Of a stretch of 64,000 nt of DNA, positions 41,838 through 55,335 are shown piece by piece (the first letter of the stretch is position 1; each line of letters begins with the position of its first letter). This stretch comes from the human T2T-CHM13v2.0 reference genome, Homo sapiens, in assembly GCF_009914755.1 (NCBI RefSeq), contig NC_060935.1; one strand, written 5' to 3'. A program made the translations under genes and the position numbers. Below the pieces are notes generated by a model. The model was not told the origin of the DNA. It made no database searches and saw only the letters and a list, made by a program, of their open reading frames with translations.

Positions 41838-42689
41838 TTTTTATGCTAGATAATATTCATGAGCATGAGAGACTTCCATGGGGCAAGGAAATGTATGTAG
41901 GAAAGTGAGTAAAAGTGTTAGGATTACACTATTTCCCTGTTTGATATATTTTTCTAGAGCAAACAATTGTGACAGCAATACATTATTGTTAGTAAAGACC
42001 TACAACGAATCCTACCACACTTTTATGATTTAGCTCTACTGGAATATCTGGTCTCTCTTATCTTACCCAGTTCTAGAATTCCGTGATTCTGATCTACTTC
42101 TTTAATGAAGGTTTGTCCCTAAGCCAAGTATTTAAGCTACTCCTAGAAATTAGTGCCATAGGGAATGACATTTTCTCATTCAACACCCTGTCTGTGTATT
42201 TAATGCATCTATCATAAGCAATAATGAAATATTCAGTTGCCAAAATCCAATGAGGGTTTTGGGAGTTTGACAACTAAAGTCTATAAACTGCTTTAAATAT
42301 TTAAGGAGACATTTATTCTCTTAAATTCATCCCTGTGAGGATAGATGCATTGTTTTATGTGCCATGTTGGTGAAAATTAGACTCTTTAAATAGAATTTTA
42401 TTAATGTCTTTGGTTCTTATTATTCTACTTGTCAGTTTAAAAAATCTTCTAAGGGAAATACCATTAAACATGTTCTCCCATCCCACTCCCCACTATTTAT
42501 GTATTAAATTAATAGGAAGTATTCTTAGGTTATGAAGTCACCCTATTGCAAATTCAAGTGTAACCCAACAGCATAAGGTAGATAACATAACTGAGGTTGC
42601 TACAACTGAGTGATGACTGCAGGTTTTTAATTTATATTAGGCTATTTAAAGAAATCCCCATTGAAGAATTATGACCCTTTTGTCTCCTT

Positions 42690-43690
42690 GAAAAACTAGG
42701 AGTCATCCATTTATCTGCATCTCCGGTTTAGGCTGTCAACATTTCTCACCTTGATTATTGCAAAGTCCTCTTAACTGGTGTCTCAACACCAGCCTATCAC
42801 TCACCTAATCTGACATTCACACTGCAGCCAGGGGATTAGACTGAAGACACATATACTTACTCTGCATAAAATGATTGAGTGGCTGCATGGGAAAAACCAC
42901 CTCACTAGTATCTAACATCCTTCCTGATTTAGGCTTTGCCTAACTCTACAGTCCCAGTGATGTTCACCATTTTCTCTACTACAGCCAGACCGAGTAGAGG
43001 AGATCCCACAAATGTATCACATACTTTATTCTGAAGATCTGGGGTGTGGGGGGACCAAATGGCCCTGCAAACTGGTAAAAAGCACGGTCCCTGGACATTC
43101 ACCATAGGTTTGCATCTTATCCATGCTGCCAACTAACTGTGCTGCTTGGACGCATTTTGAACTCTCTGTGTTACTGTTTCCTCGTCTCTGAAGTGGTAAT
43201 TAAGCAGTGCCTACTTGATAGTTTATGCATGTAAAGTGGGTAGAATCCTGCCTGGCATATAGTAGGCACTATGTAATTATCGATACTGTTGTTTCCCTTA
43301 TTCTGGACCACTGTTTGACACTCCCCAGGCTAGTTCTAACTTTTTAAATGGTTTCTTTAGCTCTCATTTTAAATATCATTCACGTGTGCTTGCGCTTGCA
43401 CGTGCTCTCTCTCGCTTTCTTGTGAGTTCTCTCGCTCGCTCGCTCGCTCTTGCTCTCTCTCTCTTGGCTTCCCATGTAGATTGAGTTTCTTTTTTTTTTT
43501 TTATGTGTTACCTCTACTTCTCATACTGTATGGCAAGGCACATTTTTACTTAGCTGCCTTTCCTAACAAATTCTAAACTTGTAAACACAGAGATTGCGTT
43601 TATCTTGGTCGTTATGATATTGCCACTGCCCAGCACAGTGCCTGAAATGTATGAGATCATAATATTTATGACAAAATGAATAATTAGTGA
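42690..43690. mobile_element. L2 and MIR relics with a (CT)/(CTCG) microsatellite at ~43405-43465
   Basis: L2 3' end (cccagcacagtgcctgaaa...aaatgaataa); MIR (ctgtttcctcgtctctgaagtgg...tgcctggcatatagtaggcact). Confidence 0.6.
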
Positions 43691-45788
43691 TTTTATTAAT
43701 AGCAGATGTTTAACTTATTGAAAAACAATGTGAACATACATAAGCACTCTAAGTGTATGAATATACGGTTGGGTAAACTGCTGGTGAATTTGTGTGCATG
43801 TGTGCGTGTGTGTGTATGAGAGTGAAACACATGCAAATAGCAAATGTTTTCAAAATTTCCAAGTTCACCTGATACATGAAGACAGGAGTTAATAAAGATT
43901 TTTAAAGTAACGTCTAAACAAGTAAGAAAAATAACTTTGAAGGGCTGAGGCACATTATCGAATTTTTTGGAAACATAAAAAATGCTGTCAGGAAAGTGTC
44001 TTGCTGAAAATATGTATTACTTAGCTTTTGTTCTATCTCTGAAGTGTCCCACAAAATTCTTCAGAATTAATCTATTACATTTTTTGAATAAAAATAAAAA
44101 TTACTTCTGAGAAATTCAGATGCTTATTGGTAATAGTAATATATTCGAGTAGAAAATAAATTTTAAGTTTAGAGGTATAATACACCCTCTCCAAGTTAAA
44201 GAAATACTATACCTGTGTGCGCACGCATACATAATAATTCACACACTCACATAAACACACACACCTGGTTTGCTGAGGACTTTCAATCGTTGCAGGTGTG
44301 CGTGTGAAAAATGTTACTTTCCTTGTAATCATTCTCCAAATGTGCTGTGTCATCATCTCCTTTCCTGCTAATCAGCGGTATCCAAAATGACATGACCAGA
44401 TTGTGTAATTTCTTGTCACTTTTTTCTTATCTAACAGCCTCTTTCGTATTCTTATGATTCAGTTCAGTTTATTTTAAAATTGTAATTTCACCCTCTTCGA
44501 AAACCCTACTCTGCCCCATCAAAACTGCCCATGACAGCTGTCTGTGGTTTGCACTTCACTCAAACTTTTTTCCTTTTGCTCTCTTAATGAGTGCTACCTC
44601 CTCTGGTATTAGGGAAGAAAGGAAGCAGAAGGAAAGTACCAGTGTTGCCACCACGTCCTATAGTTTTTTTCTTATTAGGCTTGACTTGCTGATCTAGATG
44701 ATTGTCTTGCATGTGGGCTCACTGTAGATAGGTGCTGGCTATAGTGTGATGATGGAGTTCTGGTAGGCTTCTCCTATGAGCTTTAGCAATCCCCTTAGAG
44801 ATTTGGCCCCCAGAGGGTGGCTGCAAGGCTTACTTCTCTGATATGCACCCCAAACAGAAGCTGTCCAAGCAAATTCTTACTTACAATGTCATACTCTGCA
44901 CGAGCAAGAGGATGTGTCCAGAATCACATTTCTATTAGGAACTGAGAATTCCAGAAGAATATTCCTGGACCCTGGCAACTAGATCACCTGCCTCTGTGTC
45001 AACTCTCTCCAATTTTCTCTCTCTCTTTCCAGTAGTATCACTGGGAAGTGTTATCAAGCCCTTTGACTTAATAACCTTCATTTTAAAAATTACATTCTAG
45101 CTGCTGCTTTTAGACTTGTCCAGTAGTTACCATTCTTTCTTTAGACCTGTTTTCTTGGCTATGGGGAGGAGAAACAATTCCAAAAACAGAAAGGGCAGGT
45201 GGAAAGGAAAGAAGATGGAAAAGAAAAAAAGTGGAAGGGAAATTTAAGAGTTCCTCTTGTAGTCTTTCATAGGTACCTCATAGATGGTAGTAGGAGAGGG
45301 CTCAGGGAGTTGGTGTTTCATGGTGGGACACATTCTCTTAGGTTAGGCTACTCAGGGAGCCTTACAGAATGGCCATTGACCCCAGCTGGGAGTGGTTCCC
45401 TGAATATAGAATGTGACACACTTGAAATTCTTGATCCTCAGCTTATAAGTTTAGCTGCAGTTTTAGAATATTAGAAAAGACCCAACTCAATACCATGCTA
45501 TGCTTGTAGCTGTAACTCCAGTTACAGATCTCAGAGAGAGGATGGACATTTGACAAGCTTTCGACAGACAGCTGTGTCAAAATTGAAAAACATTAAAGTC
45601 TAATTTTATGGGCATCATAGCATTTTGATAGGAAGCACAGACTTATAGCCAGATGGCTAGATGCACTACCAATCTTACACTCCTTTGTAAAATAAAGATA
45701 ATAAGAATGATTATACAGAGTCATGGTACGGATTCAATGACTTCTGTAAAGCATCAAGAACTGTGTCTGATATATGGGCATTTCTCCT

Positions 45789-46804
45789 TTTTTAAGTTCA
45801 GGGATACGTGTGCAGGATATGAAGGTTTGTTACATAGGTAAAGTGTGACATGGGGGTTTGTTGCACAGATTCTTTCATCACCCAGGTATTAAGCCTTGTA
45901 TCCACTAGTTATTTTTGCTCATCCTCTCCCTCCTCCCACCATCCACTCTCCTCTAAGCCCCAGTGTGTGTTGTTCCCCTCTATATGTCCATGTGTTCTCA
46001 TCATTTATCTCCCACTTATAAGTGAGAACATGCCATATTTGGTTTTCTCTTCCTGTGGTAGTTTGCTAAGGATAAAGGCTTCCAGCTCCACCTGTGTCCC
46101 TGCAGAAAAAAAAAAAGATCTCATCCTTTTTCATAGCTGCATAGCATTCCATGTTGTATATGCATCACATTTTGAAAAAGTCAGTCTATCGTTGATGAGC
46201 ATTTAGGTTGATTCCCTGTCTTTGCTATTGTGAATAGTGCTGCAATGGACATATGCAATCATGTGTTTTTATATTATAATAGAACAATTTATATTCCTTT
46301 GGGTATATATCCAATAATGGGCTTGCTGGGTCAAATGGTATTTCTGTCTTTAGGTCTTTGAGGAATCCCCACACTGTTTTCCACAATGGTTGAACTAATT
46401 TACACTCACACCAACAGTGTACAAGCATTCCTTTTTCTCCACAACTTTGTCAGCATCTGTTATTTTTTGACTTCTTAAGCATAGCCATTCTAACTGATGT
46501 GAGATGGCATCTCATTGTGGTTTTGATTTGCATTTCTCTAATCATCAGTGATATTGAGCATTTTTTTCCTGTGATTGCTGGCTGCATATATGCCTTCTTT
46601 TGAGAAGCAATTGTTTAAGCCCTTGGCCCACCTTTTGATGGTTTTTTTTTTCTTGTAAACATGTTTAGGTTCCTTATAGATGCTCGATTTTAGACCTTTG
46701 TCAGATGAGAAGTTTGCAAAATTTTTCTCCCGTTATGTAGGTTGCCTGTTCACTCTGTTGATAGTTTCTTTTGCTTTGAAGAAGCTCTTTGCTTTAGTTA
46801 GATC
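45789..46804 (-). mobile_element. 5'-truncated L1PA (about PA13-15)
   Basis: Antisense 3' UTR and ORF2 end; TSD tat(a/g)tgggcatttct(c/t)ct at 45771-45788 and 46805-46822. Confidence 0.9.
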
Positions 46805-46916
46805 TATGTGGGCATTTCTTCTGTTTGTTTTTTATTTTGTTGGTTGCTTGTCACTCCCCATGTTTGCCCTGCTCCCAAGATCTACTAACTCTTCACACAG
46901 AACCTCTGGTTGCCTT

Positions 46917-47403
46917 TGTGAAAGCTGCAAATACCAGGATGCAATCACTCTTGTCAGACCCAAACGAATTGCAGCTGAAAAAGCACAAAGTAGAGGAACT
47001 CATGCTTACATGTCTGAGACAAGGATTGTCTCGAGGCTTTTCTAAAATAACCCCACAAAAAATCCCTTCTTTAGGACTGCAGCAATTCAGATAAGATGCT
47101 TTCTAAAGAACACTTGCCTAATAACACCATCTTCTCCAGTGAATTGACAGCAACCTTAGCTTTGAACCTCTGAAACCAATGAATTCTGTTTCCAAGAAGC
47201 TTATATAAACTTCCCCTTTTTGCCCTTGCTCTGAGCTTCCTCTTACCCTTCCATCTTTGGGTAGATCTGTGGCTTGCCATGGATGTGCATACTGGATTAT
47301 GATCCTTCTTGATTATTCCCAAATAAATTCATTATATTAGGAGGCATTTTTCTGGTTTTGTTTTGTTTTGTTTTGTTTTGTTTTGTTTTGTTTCAGGCTG
47401 ACA
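46917..47403 (+). mobile_element. ERV1 solo LTR (MER34/MER39 family-like) with (GTTTT)n expansion
   Basis: TGTGAAAG...GGCTGACA ends, ccaat and tatataa boxes, aataaa near 47321. Confidence 0.7.
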
Positions 47404-47746
47404 CTAGGGATGCCTCTTCAGTGTCCTTTGCTCAGAGCAAATCACTCTATTGTTCATCCTACTAACTAATTGTTGGAGTAAACATTGCTTCATGTCCTAA
47501 ATTTCTCTGAATAATTATTGACTAACTAGTGCTAAATGAGTACAATCTAGTAGGATACTCACTTTAATAGAGAGTAAACCCATAACTCCAAGTTGAAATC
47601 TCGCCCATCAGTACTGGGTGAGGGAATGGATTTTTGTAGATTTCTGAGAATTTTTAAATCCCAGCACTAAAGAAGTCATCTGTGGGAGGGGCCCAGTGTT
47701 ATCCTAAGGTTATAGATAGATTTTGGTAAAAGAGTAAAAAAATGCA

Positions 47747-48048
47747 GGCTGGGTGCGGTGGCTCACACCTGTAATCCTAGCACTTTGGGAGGCCGAGGAG
47801 GGCAGATTGCCTGAGCTCGGCAGTTCGAGACCAGCCTGGGCAACATGGTGAAACCCTGTTTCTGCTAAAATATAAAAGATATTAGCTGGGCATGGTGGTG
47901 GGCACCTGTAATCCCAGCCACTTGGGAGGCTGAGGTAGGAGAGTTGCTTTAACCTGGGAGGTGGAGGTTGCAGTGAGCTGAGATTGTGCCCCACTGCCCT
48001 CCAGCCTGTCGACAGAGCAAAACTCTGTCTCAAATAAAAAATTAAAAT
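47747..48048 (+). mobile_element. AluS/J-type Alu
   Basis: Full dimer with degenerate tail. Confidence 0.92.
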
Positions 48049-49015
48049 AGAAACAGATAAATCTAAATGGAAATTCTTTAAAATTCAAGTGTTTTATATT
48101 AATGGGAGGAAAACGAGAGAAGGCACATAGCCCCTGCAGTTGTTATATGGGTACTAAATTGTGACTCTGTCAACAAGTAGTTGTGTTACCTTAGTATATC
48201 ATTTCATTTCCTTGCAAAAAGGAAACAATTGTATCTGACTTGTTACTCTCTAGAGCTGTGTAATATTAGATAATATGTGAGAAAATACTTTGAAAAATAC
48301 AAAATTCTCTATAGATGTTATGATTTTCACTACCATCATCTCAGAACTCTGAGAGTGTTTGTAGATGCCACTCTTGTCTCATTTCTGCCTTCCAGCGATG
48401 TTGTAATTTTCGAATGGGATAATATGTAAAACTATGAAGTGTCCAACATGTAATAAATAGTTAATTATTACTTGCTATTCATATTGTGATTTATAATTAT
48501 TGATTTTATTACATAATTTTCATGCTAGACCATGAGTTCTTATTACTCTGTTTTACTCAGCCCTGCACCACTGGTGCTCAGAATATCTTAAAGATTTAAT
48601 ATATGATTGTTGAATTAATTGGCTAGTTATTGTTAATTACATCAATACCATAGACTACAACATAAAAACGAAAACATTAAGTATCACAGTGGAGCAATAG
48701 AGAAGGTAAAAATTCAGAAGCCACCTGGTGATAAAAAGCTAAAACTAACACAGAAATAAATAGACTACATGCTTTTTGTCACATTATGGGATTTTTCCAA
48801 GAAATACATTTCTTTCTCATAGGCCCCTCACCAGGCCTCTGCAGTCACTGCATGGTGTTCTGGCACATGTGAAAAGCCTGCTGCAATAAAATTTCAAGGG
48901 CTTCTGCCTATAAAATTTTATATACTGCAGACTTTGAATCTGCATTACTTTGCAGAAACAATGGATTTTCGTTTCATAATTTGGTAGTCGTTAAGAAAAA
49001 AGAACTTAAGAAAAA

Positions 49016-49080
49016 CATATGTAACAAACCTGCACGTTGTGCCCATATACCCTAGAACTTAAAGTATAATTAAAAAAAAA
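49016..49080 (+). mobile_element. Extreme 3' tip of an L1PA (~65 bp)
   Basis: catatgtaacaaacctgcacgttgtgcccatataccctagaacttaaagtataat plus A-tract. Confidence 0.85.
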
Positions 49081-50809
49081 TTAGTAAGTTCTTTAACTTG
49101 CCACTGTGGAAAAATAAATCTATACAACAAAGTATGAAACACAAATCATTACAAAGGAAAATTTATTACTGAAATAAAAGTGTGATAAATTAAGGAATTC
49201 TGCAGTATATAAAATCTTAAGGCCCTCGGATCTTCTTGTATGCTAATCACACTGCTTAAAGCTTTCCCCTAACATGCAAGGGTGTTGCTAGGTTATTAAA
49301 ATATGTATATGACATGTTTGACTACACTTTTAGAAACTCAAACTCATTATCAAGCTAAAAATGTTGTTATATTTCTATCTCCTACTCAATAACTATTTTT
49401 AAAATAAAAACGTTCTAAATCTCAGCAAAATAAGATTTTTGTGAGATAAAAGTATGTTTTCTGATGTTACACAACAATAATTGATACTAATCCACCAGAA
49501 GTACTAGGCAAAAATTTGCTTATTGAATTCCAAAATGAATTATGTTTTATTGGCCGTCGCTCAGACAGGAGAAAATAATGTATCTTGTTTTCTCTAATTA
49601 TCTTCTCTGTTTAACTTATCTCAGAGACCTAAAAGCTACCAATGGTGAATGCCTTTACATGTTCATGGGAGCTGTTTTTATTATAGCCATCTGAGATAAT
49701 GTTTGTCCTTGTCCTTCTGATCCAAAGGACAAGAATGTAACTAACAATGGAACATTTTCTACCACATGAGCAGTTTGAGGATGTTGATTTCTGAACCAGC
49801 CGGTCAAGTTTACAGCATTTATCTCTTAGTTAATACATGACCTTGATATTTTGGGGCACATATGGCAACATGCAGTCTCATGCTGATCTAGTTACTTTTG
49901 CAATAAGAATAACTTAATTGTGTTTTTGTCTTCTCACTCTGAAGCTATTATTCACTAGTTCCACTAAACAAAAAGATTTCAAAGTCCACATTAAAAATCT
50001 AGATTACATTTCTTAAAAATAGGTTTTCCTCGTTGTTCAAAACTGTTTATTTTATTCTACATCCTTCTTTTTCCAGAAATGGGATGGGTTGGTGATTACA
50101 GTATAAATACGTGTATGTACCTATGTGTAAACATTTTCGTACTGATTTTTATGTGTCTGTTGACTTTTTTCAAAAATCCATTTATCATCAACCTCATGAC
50201 CTCGCAATTACCAAAAGCTTACTGTTTTCTAAACATACCAAACACCTTTTCATTACCGCTTTTGCCCTTTTTATTGGTAAAACATGGATTCTCCTTGGTA
50301 CTCTCGAAAAAATCAGATTTCCAACTATTATGCTTCTACTGAAGCACTTTATTTCTGCTTCATACACTCACAGCCCTTTGTCTTTATGATTTTTGATACT
50401 TATATGTTTTTATTTCTATTATTTGGGTACATTTGACTCTCACAAAATAAGTACAAATTATGTAAATAATTGTTGAATAAGTTATATCACTACACACACA
50501 CATTATAAAAGTATTTTAAAGTGGTTCCCTCAATATTCAGCGAATTTCTGAATATTGCTTTTCTACAAAAGAACTTAACTACCTGGTTAAGTAGCAAGTA
50601 AGTTTTTTATAAAAGAAAAGAGAAGTTAAAACATAAGCTAAAACCACTAGGCAAAAAATGTTACAAAGAAGGATTATATACTCTAATATATATATATGAT
50701 TCAAATATATGGCTACACAAAACAATCATTGCAACATATGTTTAAAAAATACTTATTCCTGGATGATGGACACATGAATCTAAATCTCTCCACTAATTAT
50801 TTTCCCCAG

Positions 50810-50971
50810 ACATCCAGGAAGGAATGCGAACGGGAAACATATGTAATCAAGAAAGTCAGCACTTATACGAGAAAGAAAATGCCATGAATTTCAAATTAAC
50901 TCTAAACAGAAAATTACACACAAAATCACATCAGTGCTTTGACCAGAGCTCCAATGGCCACTGCAAAACCT
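50810..50971 (+). other. Candidate exon (162 nt, one open frame)
   Basis: cactaat...tttccccag| acceptor and CCT|GTGAGT donor; no recognised protein similarity. Confidence 0.2.
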
Positions 50972-51300
50972 GTGAGTGTGGGAGGGAAGGGAAAGAGAAT
51001 CCATGAAAAATGGGAGAGGATAGTGAAAAGTTTAGAGTATAGAGAAAGTTATCTGTAAAAGGATAAAGTCCTTTTAGAAAGAGGTAAATTAATGCACAGA
51101 GTTCTGTGGCATGGTGGCACAGCGCCAACTACAGTAAAGAAATAAATTACTAGGTGTCCACATGAGAAGAATACAAATAAAATGTTAAAGTAATTAAAGG
51201 CATATAAACAACCAAGAGAAATTAAGATATATAACCTTTTTTTGTATTCCATTCCAACCACTGTCTCTTTGACCACATTTTTTATTGTATCTGCTATTCA

Positions 51301-51590
51301 CTCTCTCTCTCTCTATATATATATATAAAATTCCATAAATATACATATTTATTTATATATTTCTTTTAAATATATATATAAAATATATGCATTTTATATA
51401 TACTTATATATGTCTTCTATATATAGGAAATACATATACACACATATATAGGAAATATATATATGTATATACTTATAGGAAATATATATAAGTACATATA
51501 ACCTCTATATAGGGAATATATATAAATATTTTATATATAGGGAATATATATATATATAAAGAGATTATATGTACATAGTAAGAATATATG
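51301..51590. repeat. (CT)n-(TA)n low-complexity tract with repeated atag(g)gaa(a)tatatata units
   Basis: Direct reading. Confidence 0.9.
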
Positions 51591-51618
51591 TTCCTTAAAA
51601 AGGGTGAAATTAAAACTA

Positions 51619-54067
51619 GAGACAAGCCTCATTTTATCGCACTCTGCTTTATTATACTGTGGAGATACCTTGTGCTTTACAAATTGAAGGTTGTGATAAC
51701 CCTGCCACAAACAAGCTTACCAGTACCATTTTCAAACAGCATGTGTTCACTCTACCTTTATATCACATTTTGGTAATTCTCACAATATTCCAAACTTTAT
51801 TATTAATATTATGTCTCTTAAGGAGATCTTTGATCAGGGATCTTTGATGTTACTATTGTAATTTTTTTGAGTTGCCACAGACTGCACCCATATAAGACTG
51901 TAAAAATTGCTGAACACTGCATGTGTTCTGACTGCTCCACTGCAGGCCACTTTTTCCTGTCCCTCTCCCTGTCCTTGGCCTTCCTTATTCCCTAAGAGAC
52001 AACACTATTGAAATTAGGTCAGTTAAGAACCCTACCGTGGCCTCTAAGTGTTCAAATTGAAAGAAACAGTTACACTTCTCTCACATTAAATCAAAAGCTA
52101 GAAATGATTACACTTAGGCGGGCATGGCGAAAGCCAAGATAACCTGAAAGCTAGGCCTCTTGCATCAAACCTTAGCCAGGCTGTGAGTGCAAAGGAAATG
52201 CTTTTGAGGAAAATTAAAAGTGCTACTCCAGTGAACATACAAATAATAAGAAAGTGAAACAGCTGCATTCCTGATGTAGAGACAGTTTGAGTGGTCTGGA
52301 GAGAAGATGAAACCAGCTACGACATTCCCTTAAGCTAAAGCTTAATCCTAATTCTCTTCAATTCTTTGAATCCTGAGAGAGATGAGGAAGATGAAGCTTA
52401 GTACCTAGCAAAAGTTGATTCATAAGGTTTAAAGAAAAAAGCCATCTTCAAAACACAAAAATGAAAGATGAAGCAGAAAGTGCTGATGTAGAAACTGTAG
52501 CAAGTTATCTGGGACATCTATCTAAGATCATGGACAAAACTATCTGAAAAAACAAATTTTCAATATAGATGAAACAGCCTTTTACTAGAAGAAGATGCCA
52601 TCTGGGACTTTAATAGCTAGAGAGGAGAAATCGATGCCTGGCTTCAAAGCTTCAAGGCCCAGGTTGACTTTCAACCTGTATTGTTAAGTTGTAATGCACC
52701 TGATGATTGTAAATTGAAGCCAGTGCTCATATACCATTCCAAAATCCTGGACCTCTTAAAAGTTAGGCTAAATCTATTCTTCCTCTGCTCTGTAAATGAA
52801 ATTACAAAGTGTGGATGACAGCACATCTGTTTATAGCATGGTTTACTGAATATTTTAAGCCCACTGTCGAGATTTAATGCTCAGAAAAAAAGACTCATTT
52901 CAAAACATGACGGCTCATTGACAGCATCCCTGGTTACCCAAAGGCTCTGATGGAGATGCACAAGGTGATGAATTCTATTTTCATGCCTATTACACAACAT
53001 CCATTCCATGAATCTTGAATGTTCTTAATGGCATCTAGAGTGGTGAATCCTTATCAGAAGGTTTTTACCTTACTTTGCCCAGGAATATTAGAAGAATCAC
53101 CGGCTGTAGCTGTATGGCAGCTATAGTCTTATGCAACATATTTCTTAATAAAACTTCAAAATCAAAATTACTCCTTGATCCATAGCCTGTGATTCTGCTG
53201 ATGTTCTTATGCAAAGTAAATTAAAAACCTTTTGATAAGGATTCACCACTCTAGATGCCATTAAGAACATTCAAGATTCATGGAAGGAGGTCAAAATAGC
53301 AACATTAACAAGAGTTTAGAAGTTGATTTCAATCATTATGAGTGACTTCAGTGGAAGAAGTAACTGAAGATGTAAAAATATCAAGAACTAGAATTAGAAG
53401 TGGAGTCTGAGGATGTGACTGAATTGCTACAATCTCATGATAAAACTTGAACGGATGAAGAGTTGCTTATTATTGGTGAGAAAGAATGCAGTTCCTTGAA
53501 ATGGAATCTACTCCTGGTGAAGATGCTGTGAACATGGATGAAACCACTACAAAGTCTTTATAATATTATATAAATTTAGTTAATAAAGCAGTGGTAGTGT
53601 TTGAAAGATTGATTCCAATTCTGAAAGATGCCTTACAGTGAGTAAAATGCTATCAAACAGCATAGCATTCTACACTACTAAGAATTTTTTTGTGAAAGGA
53701 AGAGACAAACATGTCGCAAACTTCACTGTTGTCTTATTCTGAGAAATTGCCGCAGCCACTGCATTGTTCAGCAACCGTGAACCTGATCAGTCAGTAGCTG
53801 TCCACATCGAGGCAAGGCCCACCAGCAGCAAAAGATGACCATTTGTGGAAGGCTTAGATGATAGCATTTTTTAACAATGAAGTATTTTTTAATTAAGGTA
53901 TTTACATTTTTTAGATGAATGCTACTGTATGCTTAGTGGACTAAAGTAAAGTGTAAACATGAATTTTATAAGCACTGGATGCCAAAAAATTTTTGTGGCT
54001 GTATTGCAATATACACTTCATTGCAGTTGTCTAGAACTAAACCCACAATAATTCCCAGGTACACCTA
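51619..54067 (+). mobile_element. Full-length Tigger1 with decayed pogo-like transposase
   Basis: TA-flanked termini gagacaagcctc... / ...ccaggtacaccta; ~2.45 kb; transposase remnant caaattttcaatatagatgaaacagccttttac (QIFNIDETAFY) followed by a stop. Confidence 0.93.
53004..53285. repeat. Inverted duplication with inverted spacer inside Tigger1 (102-bp arms, 78-bp spacer)
   Basis: 53004-53105 vs reverse complement of 53184-53285: 92/102 identical; outer 53 bp perfect. Confidence 0.95.
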
Positions 54068-54079
54068 TAATTATGTTCA

Positions 54080-55335
54080 TTTATAATTTAATAAAGCTTT
54101 CTAGAAATGATCCCTTAGATCTATATATTGAAAAACTACACTTCTGTAGTTTACCTGAAACGATTAACTCCAAAACATATCTTAGTGAAACTATTAAATT
54201 TTAAAGATACTTTAAAAATATCCTTAGAATCCTCTAGGAAAAGAGATTAAATTATAACAGTGAGAAAATTAGACTGGCTGTAGACTTCTCAGGAATAACT
54301 CACAAAGCAAGGAGTTAATGGAGTGGAATTTCAGGAAACACAAAAAAGGGTAAGCCAAGCATTTTAGGTCTAGGCAAAAAATTTTCTTCAAGAATCAAGT
54401 GTACAGAAAAAGAATATGCAAGAACCAAGGAACATTATATACACAAATTGTTTATGAATAATCTATCATATAATGAGTTTCATCTAAATAAAATGTCCTG
54501 GTGAAACTTCAGTAAGGGAATTGATGATTAGCATTAATATATTTATTTCTTGAAATATGACTTAAAAGGGGTGAGGATATGAGTGGGTGAACAATATGTA
54601 AGTTTTATACATTCTGGCAAAATAAAGTATTCAAGTGTAAAATGAAAAGAGAAGAGAGATAAGTGAAAATAGAAAGATATTAATTGTGGGGTACGTCATA
54701 GGTGAGTCAAAGAATACTACTAAAAATGAAAGCCAGTTAGTACAATGCTAAAAATATGAGGCAGGGGTGGGAGGAAGCAGCTTTAGGGAAATGGGGACTA
54801 TATAAACTATAAATACAAAAATAATCCATAGAACAAACTTGTAAACTTTTCTAAATACCAAAGTAATTTTTTAAAAGGAGACAATACATTGAGAAACACA
54901 GTAAACAAAATATAATTCAAACAGAAAGTATACCAAAAAATGAAAGCACCAAACCCAAACACATCCGTTCTGTGTAATAGGTTGAACTCACCTATTACAA
55001 TAAAAAGATTTTAAAATTGGCACATAAAACCAAAATCTATGTTGTATGCCAGACCCATCTAAAATACAGTCATTCCAAAAAGTTAAATGAATGGAAAAAA
55101 CACATCAGTCAAATGGAAACAATAAGACAACAAACCTAATACGAGAGGAAGTAGAATTTAGGCCAAAAGCATTAGATGAGACAAACGGTGTTGTTTCATG
55201 TTGCTCATAGCCACAGTTCATAAGTTACATAAAACATTACTGATATCTGTGCACTGAAAAATACAACCACACACATACAGAACATAAACTTCAGTTGGTG
55301 CAGGGAAATATAAAGACAAAATAACACTAACAATA
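54080..55335 (+). mobile_element. Old L1M: ORF1 C-terminus, inter-ORF region, start of ORF2
   Basis: aaaattagactggctgtagacttctc (ORF1) and ggttgaactcacctatta...aaaagatt (ORF2 endonuclease start); boundaries approximate. Confidence 0.65.

Noticed and set aside
51619-54067. Possible intact or domesticated Tigger transposase
   Set aside because: Multiple stops and frameshifts plus an internal inversion; the ORF track shows no ORF of 60 aa or more in the transposase region.
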